Shown: piece by piece, positions 7,682 through 16,685 of the stretch | Layout: every line of letters starts with the position of its first letter | How positions within the stretch are numbered: the stretch's first letter is position 1 | Origin: Smithella sp. | Lineage (GTDB): Bacteria > Desulfobacterota > Syntrophia > Syntrophales > Smithellaceae | Assembly (NCBI GenBank): GCA_017993615.1 | Contig: JAGOMJ010000006.1 | Coordinates: 1,128-65,127 of the forward strand | DNA: 64,000 nt | Reading direction: 5' to 3' | Program-made: the position numbers and the translations under genes | The notes under the pieces: generated by a model | What the model was told of the DNA's origin: nothing | The model's input: only the letters and a program-made list of their open reading frames with translations | Database searches by the model: none

Positions 7682-9055
7682 ATGATTAAGTTACAAAAGG
7701 GTTATTTAAAAATTTCCTGCGTCTTGATGTGCCTATTGGCCCTTATCTTCGCGACGCGGACATGGGCCTGTGATGTGGCCGTTGTCTCCGGCAAGGTCAC
7801 CACAGACGGCAAACCGCTGATCTGGAAAAACTTTGACAACTCGTCAAGCGACCGCCAGCAGGTTGCCTACTTCCCCGCCAAAAAGTCCGGTCCCGGCGGA
7901 TATTTAATGGTCTACCGGTTTGAAAACGGGATGAAACTGCTGAACAACGGCTCGGCGATCACTCCTTCCGGCGGCGTCAATGAATCAGGTTTTGCCATTG
8001 CCGGCACGTCCGTGTACCAGGATTATAATCTTATGGCGGAACCGGTGAACATCAATACCGTTCTTATGGAGGAAGCCCTGGCGACATGTACCACGCTCGC
8101 GGAGTTTGAATCACTGCTCAAAAGATGGCCTTACTATCACTGGGGCACCGTTATCAGCGCCAACTTCGTTGTCATCGACGCCAAAGGCGGAGCCGCACTG
8201 TATGAATGCTTCACCGGCCATCTAAACACCGGCCTCAACCTGATGCAGTTCAGAAAGAACGATGCCAACACGGGCAAGATCACCAATCAGTATGGATGGA
8301 CGCTCAAACGGGCTCAGAGCAACTTCATCGGATTCCACATTATGACCAATTACAATTACTACATTCCCTGGAACGTGGGACAGGATCGCAAGTATAGAGC
8401 CGAAGCCCTCCTGACCCAGTTGGCAACAGAGAAGCGGATCAATTACCGCACCGTTATGCGAGAGGTGGCCAAGGACGTTGTCGGCAAGCAGGTCCAGACG
8501 GATCTTTCCAGCGAGACCAATTACAGCACAACCTATTGCCTCAGCCGCAATGCCACCCGTAGCTCGATCGTCGTCAGGGGCGTTGCATCCGGAGACAACC
8601 CGCGCCTGGCCACCATGTGGGTCAACCTCGGAGAGCCCTCTGTAGGTGTTTTCGTCCCGTTTTTTGCCGCCGCCAGGGGAACATCGGAACTGGCCCGGGT
8701 GGATACGTATGCCAACGGTGCCTGGAGAGATTACGATGATTCCTGTCTGCTCAATCAGGCCATCAGCGCGAGGGAAACCTACGGCAGTCTCATTTATTCA
8801 TCGAATGAAGGAGATGTCATCTGGGGCATGTACGATAACTACATCAATAAGGTCGAACTGGCCAAGGTTCAGCAGTGGACATTCCAGATCGAGGATACGA
8901 TCATTGATAATGCCGAATCGTTCCTGTCTTCTCTCCAAAGCAACCCGGCACAGATTACCGCTTTCAATCTAAAGGATTTTGCGGATTACTGCGCGGATTA
9001 TGCTTATGAAAACTTCGAGACCGGCTCTGCGGATGCCTTTCCCTGGCAATACTAA
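7682..9055 (+). CDS. Exported Ntn-hydrolase, peptidase C69 (dipeptidase)-like, with Cys nucleophile at the predicted signal-peptide cleavage site
   Basis: Trimmed to ATG 7682, after GAGGAGG. A signal peptide (MIKLQKGYLKISCVLMCLLALIFATRTWA) is followed by CDVAVVSGKVTTDGKPLIWKNFDN. This parallels the C69 N-terminus pattern C-T-T-x-x-V-G-K-x-x-S-x-D-G-S-x-x-I-A-R-N-E-D. The length (about 460 aa) is typical of the family. Confidence 0.65.
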   Translation: MIKLQKGYLKISCVLMCLLALIFATRTWACDVAVVSGKVTTDGKPLIWKNFDNSSSDRQQVAYFPAKKSGPGGYLMVYRFENGMKLLNNGSAITPSGGVNESGFAIAGTSVYQDYNLMAEPVNINTVLMEEALATCTTLAEFESLLKRWPYYHWGTVISANFVVIDAKGGAALYECFTGHLNTGLNLMQFRKNDANTGKITNQYGWTLKRAQSNFIGFHIMTNYNYYIPWNVGQDRKYRAEALLTQLATEKRINYRTVMREVAKDVVGKQVQTDLSSETNYSTTYCLSRNATRSSIVVRGVASGDNPRLATMWVNLGEPSVGVFVPFFAAARGTSELARVDTYANGAWRDYDDSCLLNQAISARETYGSLIYSSNEGDVIWGMYDNYINKVELAKVQQWTFQIEDTIIDNAESFLSSLQSNPAQITAFNLKDFADYCADYAYENFETGSADAFPWQY

Positions 9056-9146
9056 TATGATGATGGACGAGGGGCACTGCGAAGATCCCTCCCGTGGTCA
9101 TATTTTTGAAAGAGTCCCCTGAAGACGTATTCGATGACGGAATTAG

Positions 9147-10175
9147 ATGGACAAGACAGCCAAGATATCAAACTCTCAAGCGGTGATGGGGGATATGGAT
9201 TTTCCACATGAGGAAAGGGCACGCCCTTTCCTCATGAATACCAAACTATGGAAACAGCTGCTCCCTCTGGCAGTCTCCGGCGCAATCCTCCTTTATTTGT
9301 TCCGGCACATTGATATCCGCATGTGTTTCAATGCCATGCTGACCGCGAATGTGTCCCTGTATATTCCCTCTTTGATTGCCCTCATTCTGATCACCTTTCT
9401 TCTGGACACACAGAATCTGGCTGAGACGCTGAAGCATTTTCATTACCCCCTTTCCTGGAAAAATGCCTTCACTCTGCGCGGCGTCACCTATCTCATCATG
9501 ACGATCGACTACAGTGTGGGCATGGGAGTTCTGATCTACTATCTGAAAAACCATCTCGGCATCCCGGTCATGCGATCAACGGGACTGATGACCTTTTTCA
9601 ACGGCATCACCCAGAAGGCTCTGGTTTACATGGCCATCATCGGCTTGGTGATTCTTTCTCCGGCCTCGGGATTGCTGCGTAATTTGCTGATCTTCTTCAT
9701 CGGCTTTGCCCTGCTGGATATTCTTTTTATTATCGTGTTGAAAAAACTGCCGTCCCGCGGTCTGGCCCTCAAAATTAAAAGCATGAACCTTCTGAAGGTC
9801 TTTCACGAGGCTCCCTGGCGAACCTACGGTGTCCTCATCTTCTGGCGCATTCTCTACTATGCCTGCTTTGTCGCCTTCTTCTATATTGCGGTCAGGGCAT
9901 TCAACATGCAAATCCCGCTGGTTGCGCTCATCGCTTATGTCCCGATCATTCTCCTGGTCATCAGTCTGCCCATCGCTCCGGGCGGATTCGGCACGGCACA
10001 GGCGACGATGCTCCTTCTCTTCAAGGATTACGGGACGCCCCTGAATATCATGGCTTTCGGACTGATCTACACCACCTCCATCCTGGTGTTGCGTTACCTG
10101 ATCGGCCTGCTCTATGCGAAACATATCAAGGGTCTTCCTGCGGGAGAGGACAGCACAAGTGAACAAAGGAATTGA
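9147..10175 (+). CDS. Flippase-like membrane protein (lysyl-phosphatidylglycerol synthase TM-region / MprF flippase-domain family), stand-alone
   Basis: About eight hydrophobic helices. The conserved late motif LPIAPGGFGTAQATMLLLF matches the P-G-G-x-G-x-x-E/Q signature of the LPG_synthase_TM (UPF0104) family. No fused synthase domain. Confidence 0.7.
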   Translation: MDKTAKISNSQAVMGDMDFPHEERARPFLMNTKLWKQLLPLAVSGAILLYLFRHIDIRMCFNAMLTANVSLYIPSLIALILITFLLDTQNLAETLKHFHYPLSWKNAFTLRGVTYLIMTIDYSVGMGVLIYYLKNHLGIPVMRSTGLMTFFNGITQKALVYMAIIGLVILSPASGLLRNLLIFFIGFALLDILFIIVLKKLPSRGLALKIKSMNLLKVFHEAPWRTYGVLIFWRILYYACFVAFFYIAVRAFNMQIPLVALIAYVPIILLVISLPIAPGGFGTAQATMLLLFKDYGTPLNIMAFGLIYTTSILVLRYLIGLLYAKHIKGLPAGEDSTSEQRN

Positions 10176-10300
10176 GGATGATCGGCAGGCCTGCACCATA
10201 TCCCCTTGATCAATCAGTGCCCCGTCTTCAAAAGGAACCTAGAGGAAACCTGTATCTCATCAGCGCCCTCCGTAAAAGAAAGAATGGCCGCGACCAAACG

Positions 10301-11110
10301 ATGTCCCGGGCATTGCATCTGGCGGTTGTGATGCTGGTCACCGCCTTCAGTATTCAAACCGCTGTCGCACAAGAGCATTTTTTACATGCTCTCGGTCATT
10401 TTGAAACACTATCGACGACGCAGGGCATTCTCATTGCGGCACCGCATGGAACCTATGACATCCGCACGGATGTCCTGGCCAAAGATGTGGCCCGGACGCT
10501 CGGTGCAGGCTATGTCATCGCCGGAGGTTTTGCGTCGCCATCTCCGCGCATCAACGTCAACCGCCCCTCGGAGGGTGCAGGACATACGTGCGAAAAAGAA
10601 CGGCGTACCGAAAGGGCGAGGGATGTTTACGACCAATACGCTCGTTTGATTGACAAGATCCGTGACGGCAAGCCGTTGCGGCTTTATGTCGAAATTCACG
10701 GACACACCAGCATCCCTTTTCTCAACCGGCTTGAAATCGCCACCACAGGAATCACAACGGAAGAAGCCCGGCGCCTGAAAGACCGCTTTCCCGCTTTCCT
10801 TGCGCAGGCAAAGGCAGCCTATCCGGCCTACCCCGATCTGGAGCTGCGCATAGAGCCCCTGGATAAGATCTACTTCGGAGCACGCTGCAACAAAACGACC
10901 GGATATCTCTCCACACGGAACATGGAACGTGCGCTTCACATGGAGATCCCCCGCCCGGCGCGAACTCCTGAGGCGTTGAAAGCCACCGCCGCGCTTGTCA
11001 GTTCCATTGTGCGCGCCACCATGACCATTTCAGAATCAGCCTCCGGTCCGGGACCCAAGAGGGCAACTTCCGATGCAGACAAGAAATCGTCAGGGGGACC
11101 GGCGCGATGA
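10301..11110 (+). CDS. Exported amidohydrolase-like protein (N-formylglutamate amidohydrolase / poly-gamma-glutamate hydrolase-like pattern)
   Basis: Track ORF 10172..11110 trimmed to ATG 10301, where a signal peptide begins (MSRALHLAVVMLVTAFSIQTAVAQ). ILIAAPHGTYDIRTDVLAKDVARTLGAGYVIAGG, RINVNRP and LYVEIHGH resemble the metal-binding and catalytic strands of the FGase/PGA-hydrolase fold. The stop overlaps the next start (ATGA). Confidence 0.5.
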   Translation: MSRALHLAVVMLVTAFSIQTAVAQEHFLHALGHFETLSTTQGILIAAPHGTYDIRTDVLAKDVARTLGAGYVIAGGFASPSPRINVNRPSEGAGHTCEKERRTERARDVYDQYARLIDKIRDGKPLRLYVEIHGHTSIPFLNRLEIATTGITTEEARRLKDRFPAFLAQAKAAYPAYPDLELRIEPLDKIYFGARCNKTTGYLSTRNMERALHMEIPRPARTPEALKATAALVSSIVRATMTISESASGPGPKRATSDADKKSSGGPAR

Positions 11111-12312
11111 CGAAACGGTATACTCGGAAAATGACGTTTAATGACCGGGCATTTGTGGTGCTCAATCAAATCAGCCCCCCCACGGTCAACCAATTTATTT
11201 TCGACGGTGAAGGGACGCTCGATCCGGAAAAATGGCGCAGGGCGGCGGATGCGGCTTCCGAGGCCAATCCCGGTACCCGTCTGGTCCTCAGGGGTCACCT
11301 GAGCTGGAGCCGATGGGTCGACTCGGGAATAAACATGCGCGTCCGCGAAGTGGACGGCAGGAACTGGGACGGACGGGGCCCGGAGAATGAACCATTACTC
11401 GAAGAGTCTCTCCCCTATCGGGGAAACCCCACCTGCGAGATTGTTCTGATCCAGGGTCCGACCCCGAGAGTCGCATTCCGCTCCCATCACGCCGTGTGTG
11501 ACGGACGGGGCACGCTGTTCTGGGCCGAGGATGTTTTCCGGACCCTGCGCGGCGAAGCTGTCGTCGGTTCAACCTCAAACATCACGGATGTGGAGCTTTG
11601 TAAGAGTTTTCAGAATCAGTACCGGACGCCTTTCCCCGCGGAGCATATCGCCCCCACCGGACGGGCAAAAGGCAATGATACCGGCGTGACCTGGAGACGC
11701 TGTTCCCTCAAGGGCAAGATGCCCCATCTGCTGGCACAATGCGCCCGTCTGGCAGCGGAAGAAGCCTGGCGACATGGCGAAGGGGTTGTCCGTTTCGGTA
11801 TCCCCGTGGATTTGCGACATCGCAGACCGGAACTGCGCAGTACAGCCAATCTATCTTTTGCCCTGTATACGGAGGTCAAAAAGGAAACGAGCCCGGACGA
11901 CATCGCCCGGGACATCGCTTTGCAAATCAGTCGATGCGATGAATGCAGACTGACCAAGGGAGACGAGCGTCTGGAATACATGCCCCTGTGGATGATGCGA
12001 TACAAGGCAAAAAATATCATTCGCGAGCGGCACCGGCAAGGACTTTACAGTCTTTCGGGCATCCTGTCCAACCTGGGCCGGATTAATCTTAACCGGTTTT
12101 GCGGCGGGGGGTTCACAGCACGGGCATTCTGGATTATTCCGCCGGCTGCTGAATACTATCCGTTTTTTATGGTCATGACGGGCTATGAAGGGGGGTCAGA
12201 TCTGACGATTTCCATGCCCAAAGTTCTGGCCAGTGAAGGCCGGCTTGAAAACACCCTGAAGAGAATCGTTCATGGACTGGAAGGGACAAACCAAAGGGAG
12301 GATACGATATGA
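11107..12312 (+). CDS. Stand-alone condensation-domain-like acyltransferase (HHxxxDG superfamily), copy 1
   Basis: 401 aa. HHAVCDG is at residues 127-133 (nt 11485-11505). The size and motif position fit NRPS C-domain / PapA5 / WS-DGAT-type CoA-dependent acyltransferases. ATGA overlaps on both sides. Confidence 0.7.
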   Translation: MTKRYTRKMTFNDRAFVVLNQISPPTVNQFIFDGEGTLDPEKWRRAADAASEANPGTRLVLRGHLSWSRWVDSGINMRVREVDGRNWDGRGPENEPLLEESLPYRGNPTCEIVLIQGPTPRVAFRSHHAVCDGRGTLFWAEDVFRTLRGEAVVGSTSNITDVELCKSFQNQYRTPFPAEHIAPTGRAKGNDTGVTWRRCSLKGKMPHLLAQCARLAAEEAWRHGEGVVRFGIPVDLRHRRPELRSTANLSFALYTEVKKETSPDDIARDIALQISRCDECRLTKGDERLEYMPLWMMRYKAKNIIRERHRQGLYSLSGILSNLGRINLNRFCGGGFTARAFWIIPPAAEYYPFFMVMTGYEGGSDLTISMPKVLASEGRLENTLKRIVHGLEGTNQREDTI

Positions 12313-13505
12313 CTTACTCGCGGCAACTGAGTTCCACCGAGCGGGCATATGTGGTGTACAATGAATGCTGTCCGCCGTTTCTCAACCAGTTATTTTGGGA
12401 AGGAACCGGATATTTCGACCTGCCCAAATGGCGGGAAGCCGTAAAAATCGCATCCGAGGCCAACCCGGGTAGTCGCGTCGTTGTCAAGGGTATCACGGCC
12501 TTTGCCCGTCTCGTCGATACCGGAAAAACCCCGCCGGTGATCGAGGTGGATGGAACCCATTGGGACGGTCTTGGTCCGGAAGGCGCTCCGGCCAAGCTCT
12601 CAGAAACCCTGAATCCTTTTGAAGGCCCGACATCCGAAGTTGTTCTGATCCACGGCAACCCCCTGCGCGTTGTCTTTCGCACGATGCATGCCACCATGGA
12701 CGGCCGGGGCACCGTGACCTGGGTGGAAGATATTTTCCGCGGTCTGCGCGGCGAAGCTCCCTTGGGATCGGATTCGCGCATCACTGAATTTGAGATTGCG
12801 GCAACCTTTCAGAAGCAAGGACGCAAAGGGCCGGTTCCGGAATACATCGCTCCCACCGGTATGCCTCAAGGAGATCAGCCCGGCGTAATCTGGCGCCGAC
12901 GGCGCTACCCCGGACGCTACCACAATGTCCTGGGCCAGGTGGCCACTCTCCTGGCCGGAAAAGCCTGGCAGTATCAGGACGGTAAGGTGCGCCTGGCTAT
13001 TCCGGTGGATATGCGCGCCAGGGTTGAGGGCCTGCGTTCGACAGGGAATTTGACCAATCTGATTTACGTGGAAATCAATCCCTCCACAACACCGGCTGAC
13101 GTGAGTCAGGACATCAAGCGTCAGCTGGAAGCGCGGCATGACGGCATGATTTACTGGGGCGACCGGCCGATTCGCTTTCTACCCCTCTGGTTGCTCAAAA
13201 AACTGATTAAAAGCAATATCGCCACCAAGAACCGCACGGGCCGCTACCCCAACTCCGGGGTCCTCACCAATATGGGACGGATTCCGGTTTTCAGCGGAGG
13301 GGGCTTTGAAGGAAAATATACCTGGGGCATTCCCCCGGGCCAGGAATACTCCCCCATTTTTATCGGCATGTGCAACAGTGATGATGATATGACGATGATC
13401 TATTCCATGCCGAACGTTCTGGCCGGCGGCGGCCGTCTGGAAACACTGATGGACCATATTCAACAGGGACTGGTTGCCTCGAAGGCGGACCGGAAGAAAG
13501 GATGA
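12309..13505 (+). CDS. Stand-alone condensation-domain-like acyltransferase, copy 2 (paralogue of 11107..12312)
   Basis: 398 aa and colinear with copy 1 (ASEANPG, EVDG..WDG.GPE, RG..G, IAPTG, RSTGNL, GGGF). The motif here is MHATMDG: the catalytic second His and the Asp are kept, and the first His is replaced by Met. Confidence 0.7.
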   Translation: MTYSRQLSSTERAYVVYNECCPPFLNQLFWEGTGYFDLPKWREAVKIASEANPGSRVVVKGITAFARLVDTGKTPPVIEVDGTHWDGLGPEGAPAKLSETLNPFEGPTSEVVLIHGNPLRVVFRTMHATMDGRGTVTWVEDIFRGLRGEAPLGSDSRITEFEIAATFQKQGRKGPVPEYIAPTGMPQGDQPGVIWRRRRYPGRYHNVLGQVATLLAGKAWQYQDGKVRLAIPVDMRARVEGLRSTGNLTNLIYVEINPSTTPADVSQDIKRQLEARHDGMIYWGDRPIRFLPLWLLKKLIKSNIATKNRTGRYPNSGVLTNMGRIPVFSGGGFEGKYTWGIPPGQEYSPIFIGMCNSDDDMTMIYSMPNVLAGGGRLETLMDHIQQGLVASKADRKKG

Positions 13506-13514
13506 TACGACATC

Positions 13515-16500
13515 ATGTGGATTTCTGATACCTCAATCAAGCGGCCTGTTCTCGCCACCATGTTCATTCTCGCTCTCGTCGTTCTGGGCCTGGTCAGCTA
13601 CCCGTCAATCGGCGTCGACCTCTTTCCCAAGGTGGAATTTCCCCTCGTCAACATCACGACCGGTCTGGCCGGCGCAAGCCCCGAGATTATGGATGTCGAT
13701 GTGACGGACAAAATCGAAGAGGCGGTCAGTTCGATTAACGGGGTAAAGACGATCCACTCGCTGAGTATTGACGGGGTGTCCAGTGTCATCGTGGAGTTCG
13801 AATTGGAGCGGGACATCGATCTTGCCGTCCAGGATGTTCGGGAGCAGATCTCCGCCGTCCGTTCACAGCTTCCGGATGACATCATCGAGCCGGTCATCCA
13901 GAAGGTCAACATCGATGCTAGCCCTGTCCTGTGGCTGGCCCTGACCGGGGACAAGTCTCAACGCGAACTCTCAACCTATGTGGATGAAAGCCTCAAGGAG
14001 AAGTTACAAAAAATCCAGGGTGTCGGCGCCCTCTCCCTGGCCGGCATGCAGAAACGCCAGATCCGGGTCTGGCTTGACAGCAACAAACTGGCGGCCTACG
14101 GGGTTTCACCAGGCGATGTCGCGGCTGCCTTGAAAAGGGAAAACATCGAATTGCCGGGCGGGCGTATCGAGAGCTTGACGAAGGAATTCTCCATCAAAGT
14201 CAAGGGGTCTCTCAAAGATGTCTCCGCCTTTAATGATCTGATCATCGCCTCCTATGCCGGCGTTCCCGTGAGATTGAGAGATATCGGCAGAGTGGAGGAC
14301 GGAACCCAGGAAAGACGTTCCTACGCACGGTTCAACGGCATCTCCGCCGTCGGTATCGGTATCCAGAAGCAGACCGGTACCAACACCGTTCAGGTTGTGG
14401 ACCGTGTCAAAGAGGAAGTCGAGCGCATCAAGAAAAGTCTGCCGCCGGGCATGGATATCCGGATCGCCTTCGACCAGTCCGTGTTCATCAAACAATCCAT
14501 GGATCAGGTTCAAGAACACCTGATTCTGGGATCGATCCTGGCCATTATCGCTGTGTTCATCTTCCTGAGAAACTTCCGCACGACCCTGATCAGCGCGGTC
14601 GCCCTGCCTGTTTCGATCATTTCAACCTTTGCGATCATGAGGATATTCGATTTCACCTTTAACAATCTGACGATGCTGGCCCTGACCCTGTCTGTCGGTA
14701 TCCTTATTGATGATGCCATTATCGTCATCGAGAATATCTACCGCCACATCGAAGACGGGATGTCTCCGAGAGAGGCCGCGTCCTTTGCCACGGACGAGAT
14801 CGGTCCCGCGGTCATGGCCACCACGCTCGCCATTGTGGTCATATTCCTGCCTGTCGCTTTCATGAAAGGCATCATCGGACGTTTCTTCATGCAGTTTTCG
14901 CTGACCGTCGTCTTTTCCATCCTCGTTTCCCTGCTCGTGTCGCTCACCCTCACGCCCATGCTCTCGTCCCTTCTTCTCCACCCGCGGAAAAAAGAATCCT
15001 TGGACAGTGAACGCCCGGGCACGGTGATGGCGCGGATCGGGCAGACGCTGGAGCGCGGATATAAAAAAATTGAAGAGGCCTACCGCCCCATCCTGACATT
15101 CAGTCTTGACCATCGCCGGGCTGTGCTGATGAGCGCCCTCATCCTCTTTATTTTCAGCCTCTGGATTACCCGGTTCATCGGCAAGGAATTCAAACCGGGA
15201 GAAGACCAGAGCCAGTTTATGATCCGGATGGAATCGCCCATCGATTATTCCGTGGAACACGCCGGGGCGATGTTCAGTCAAGCCGAGAAGATTGTCCGGA
15301 ACAGAACCGAGGTGACATCGGTCTTCTATGGTCAGGGAGCGGGTCAGGGGCGACTGTCACAAATCAATCAGGCATTCATCCAAACCAGCCTGAAACCGCG
15401 GTCTGATAGAGACAAATCCCAGTCAGAGATTATGGCGGAATTGCGGAAGGAATTTACCGCGATCCCCGGGCTGAAAACCACCATCGAAGAGGTTGCCATT
15501 CTCGGAGGCGGGATCCGGAATGTCCCCGTTCAATATTCCATCAGCGGCGGATCCATCGACGAGCTCAGAAAATATGCCAAGCAAATCGTCGGTGAACTTT
15601 CCAAAATAAAGGGGCTCGTGGATATCGACACCTCCATCGAGGCAGGGAAACCGGAGTTGAGTGTCTACATTGACCGGGAAAAGGCAACGAATATGGGAGT
15701 CAGCGTGGCAGCCGTCACCGAAGCGGTGAATCTTCTCATGTCCGGCGAGGTCGAGGTCACAAAATTCAAAGATACAGCAAAGGGGAGACGATACGATGTC
15801 CGGATGAGGCTGGACGCCAAAGACAGGATGAGCCCGTCCGATATCGGCAGACTCTATGTCCGGGCCGTGAATGGTGAGCTGGTCAGATTAAGTGACATCG
15901 TCACCGTCGAGGAAGGGGGCGGTCCGAGCAGCATTTCGCGCAAAGACCGGCAGCGCACGATCTGGATATTCGCCAATCTCCAGGACAAGCCGCTGGGCGA
16001 GGCCATGCAGGAAATTGACGCCATATCCGCCAGGATTCTGCCGGCTGGATACGTTGCCGGTTACTCCGGAGAGGCCGAAGAAATGGGCAAGTCCTTCAAG
16101 TACCTTATGTTTGCCCTGCTGCTGGGAATTTTGCTGGCCTATATGGTGCTGGCCTCGCAGTTTGAAAGTCTTCTTCATCCCGTGACCATTCTCCTGTCCA
16201 TGCCCCTGTCGTTTATCGGCGCTTTTGCGGCTCTCCTGATCTTCGGTAAATCGCTGAGCATCGTGAGCTTCATCGGCCTGGTGCTTCTCATGGGTCTTGT
16301 CAAGAAGAATGCTATCCTGCTGGTCGATTTTACGAACACACTGCGTGAGCGGGGCCTGTCACGGCGGGAGGCCATCCTTCAGGCAGGACCGGTCCGACTG
16401 CGCCCCATCCTGATGACCACGTTTGCCATGGTGTTCGGTATGCTGCCTGTCGCCCTCGGTATCGGAGAAGGAGCCGATCTGCGAGCGCCCATGGGCATTA

Positions 16501-16673
16501 CGCTGATCGGAGGGCTTCTCACTTCTCTGTTCTTAACCCTGGCCGTTGTCCCGGCGGCCTATGACATATTCGACGACTGGAAAGAAAATATGATCCGCCG
16601 GTTAGGCAGCCGGGGAGCCAGTCCCTGGATCCGGCCTTTCGGAAAGAATAAAAAAGAGAATAACAATAACTAG
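13515..16673 (+). CDS. RND efflux transporter permease (AcrB/HAE-type), no cognate adaptor or OMF gene adjacent
   Basis: 1052 aa with 12-TM RND architecture. It is clearly paralogous to 26747..29854 (MW..DTS.KRPV.ATM...LVVLG.VSYPSIGVDLFPKV.FP). It starts 9 nt after the preceding stop. Confidence 0.95.
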   Translation: MWISDTSIKRPVLATMFILALVVLGLVSYPSIGVDLFPKVEFPLVNITTGLAGASPEIMDVDVTDKIEEAVSSINGVKTIHSLSIDGVSSVIVEFELERDIDLAVQDVREQISAVRSQLPDDIIEPVIQKVNIDASPVLWLALTGDKSQRELSTYVDESLKEKLQKIQGVGALSLAGMQKRQIRVWLDSNKLAAYGVSPGDVAAALKRENIELPGGRIESLTKEFSIKVKGSLKDVSAFNDLIIASYAGVPVRLRDIGRVEDGTQERRSYARFNGISAVGIGIQKQTGTNTVQVVDRVKEEVERIKKSLPPGMDIRIAFDQSVFIKQSMDQVQEHLILGSILAIIAVFIFLRNFRTTLISAVALPVSIISTFAIMRIFDFTFNNLTMLALTLSVGILIDDAIIVIENIYRHIEDGMSPREAASFATDEIGPAVMATTLAIVVIFLPVAFMKGIIGRFFMQFSLTVVFSILVSLLVSLTLTPMLSSLLLHPRKKESLDSERPGTVMARIGQTLERGYKKIEEAYRPILTFSLDHRRAVLMSALILFIFSLWITRFIGKEFKPGEDQSQFMIRMESPIDYSVEHAGAMFSQAEKIVRNRTEVTSVFYGQGAGQGRLSQINQAFIQTSLKPRSDRDKSQSEIMAELRKEFTAIPGLKTTIEEVAILGGGIRNVPVQYSISGGSIDELRKYAKQIVGELSKIKGLVDIDTSIEAGKPELSVYIDREKATNMGVSVAAVTEAVNLLMSGEVEVTKFKDTAKGRRYDVRMRLDAKDRMSPSDIGRLYVRAVNGELVRLSDIVTVEEGGGPSSISRKDRQRTIWIFANLQDKPLGEAMQEIDAISARILPAGYVAGYSGEAEEMGKSFKYLMFALLLGILLAYMVLASQFESLLHPVTILLSMPLSFIGAFAALLIFGKSLSIVSFIGLVLLMGLVKKNAILLVDFTNTLRERGLSRREAILQAGPVRLRPILMTTFAMVFGMLPVALGIGEGADLRAPMGITLIGGLLTSLFLTLAVVPAAYDIFDDWKENMIRRLGSRGASPWIRPFGKNKKENNNN

Positions 16674-16685
16674 GAGGTATCCGTT

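Noticed and set aside
10172-10300. 5' extensions of track ORFs. Examples: 10172, 3360, 6568, 7652, 30314, 36346, 38263, 43436, 49150..50118, 32454..33164 and 33962..34543.
   Set aside because: In each case an internal ATG is preceded by a good Shine-Dalgarno sequence. It also coincides with the start of a signal peptide or of the conserved family N-terminus. The extensions overlap upstream genes or have no coding-like composition.
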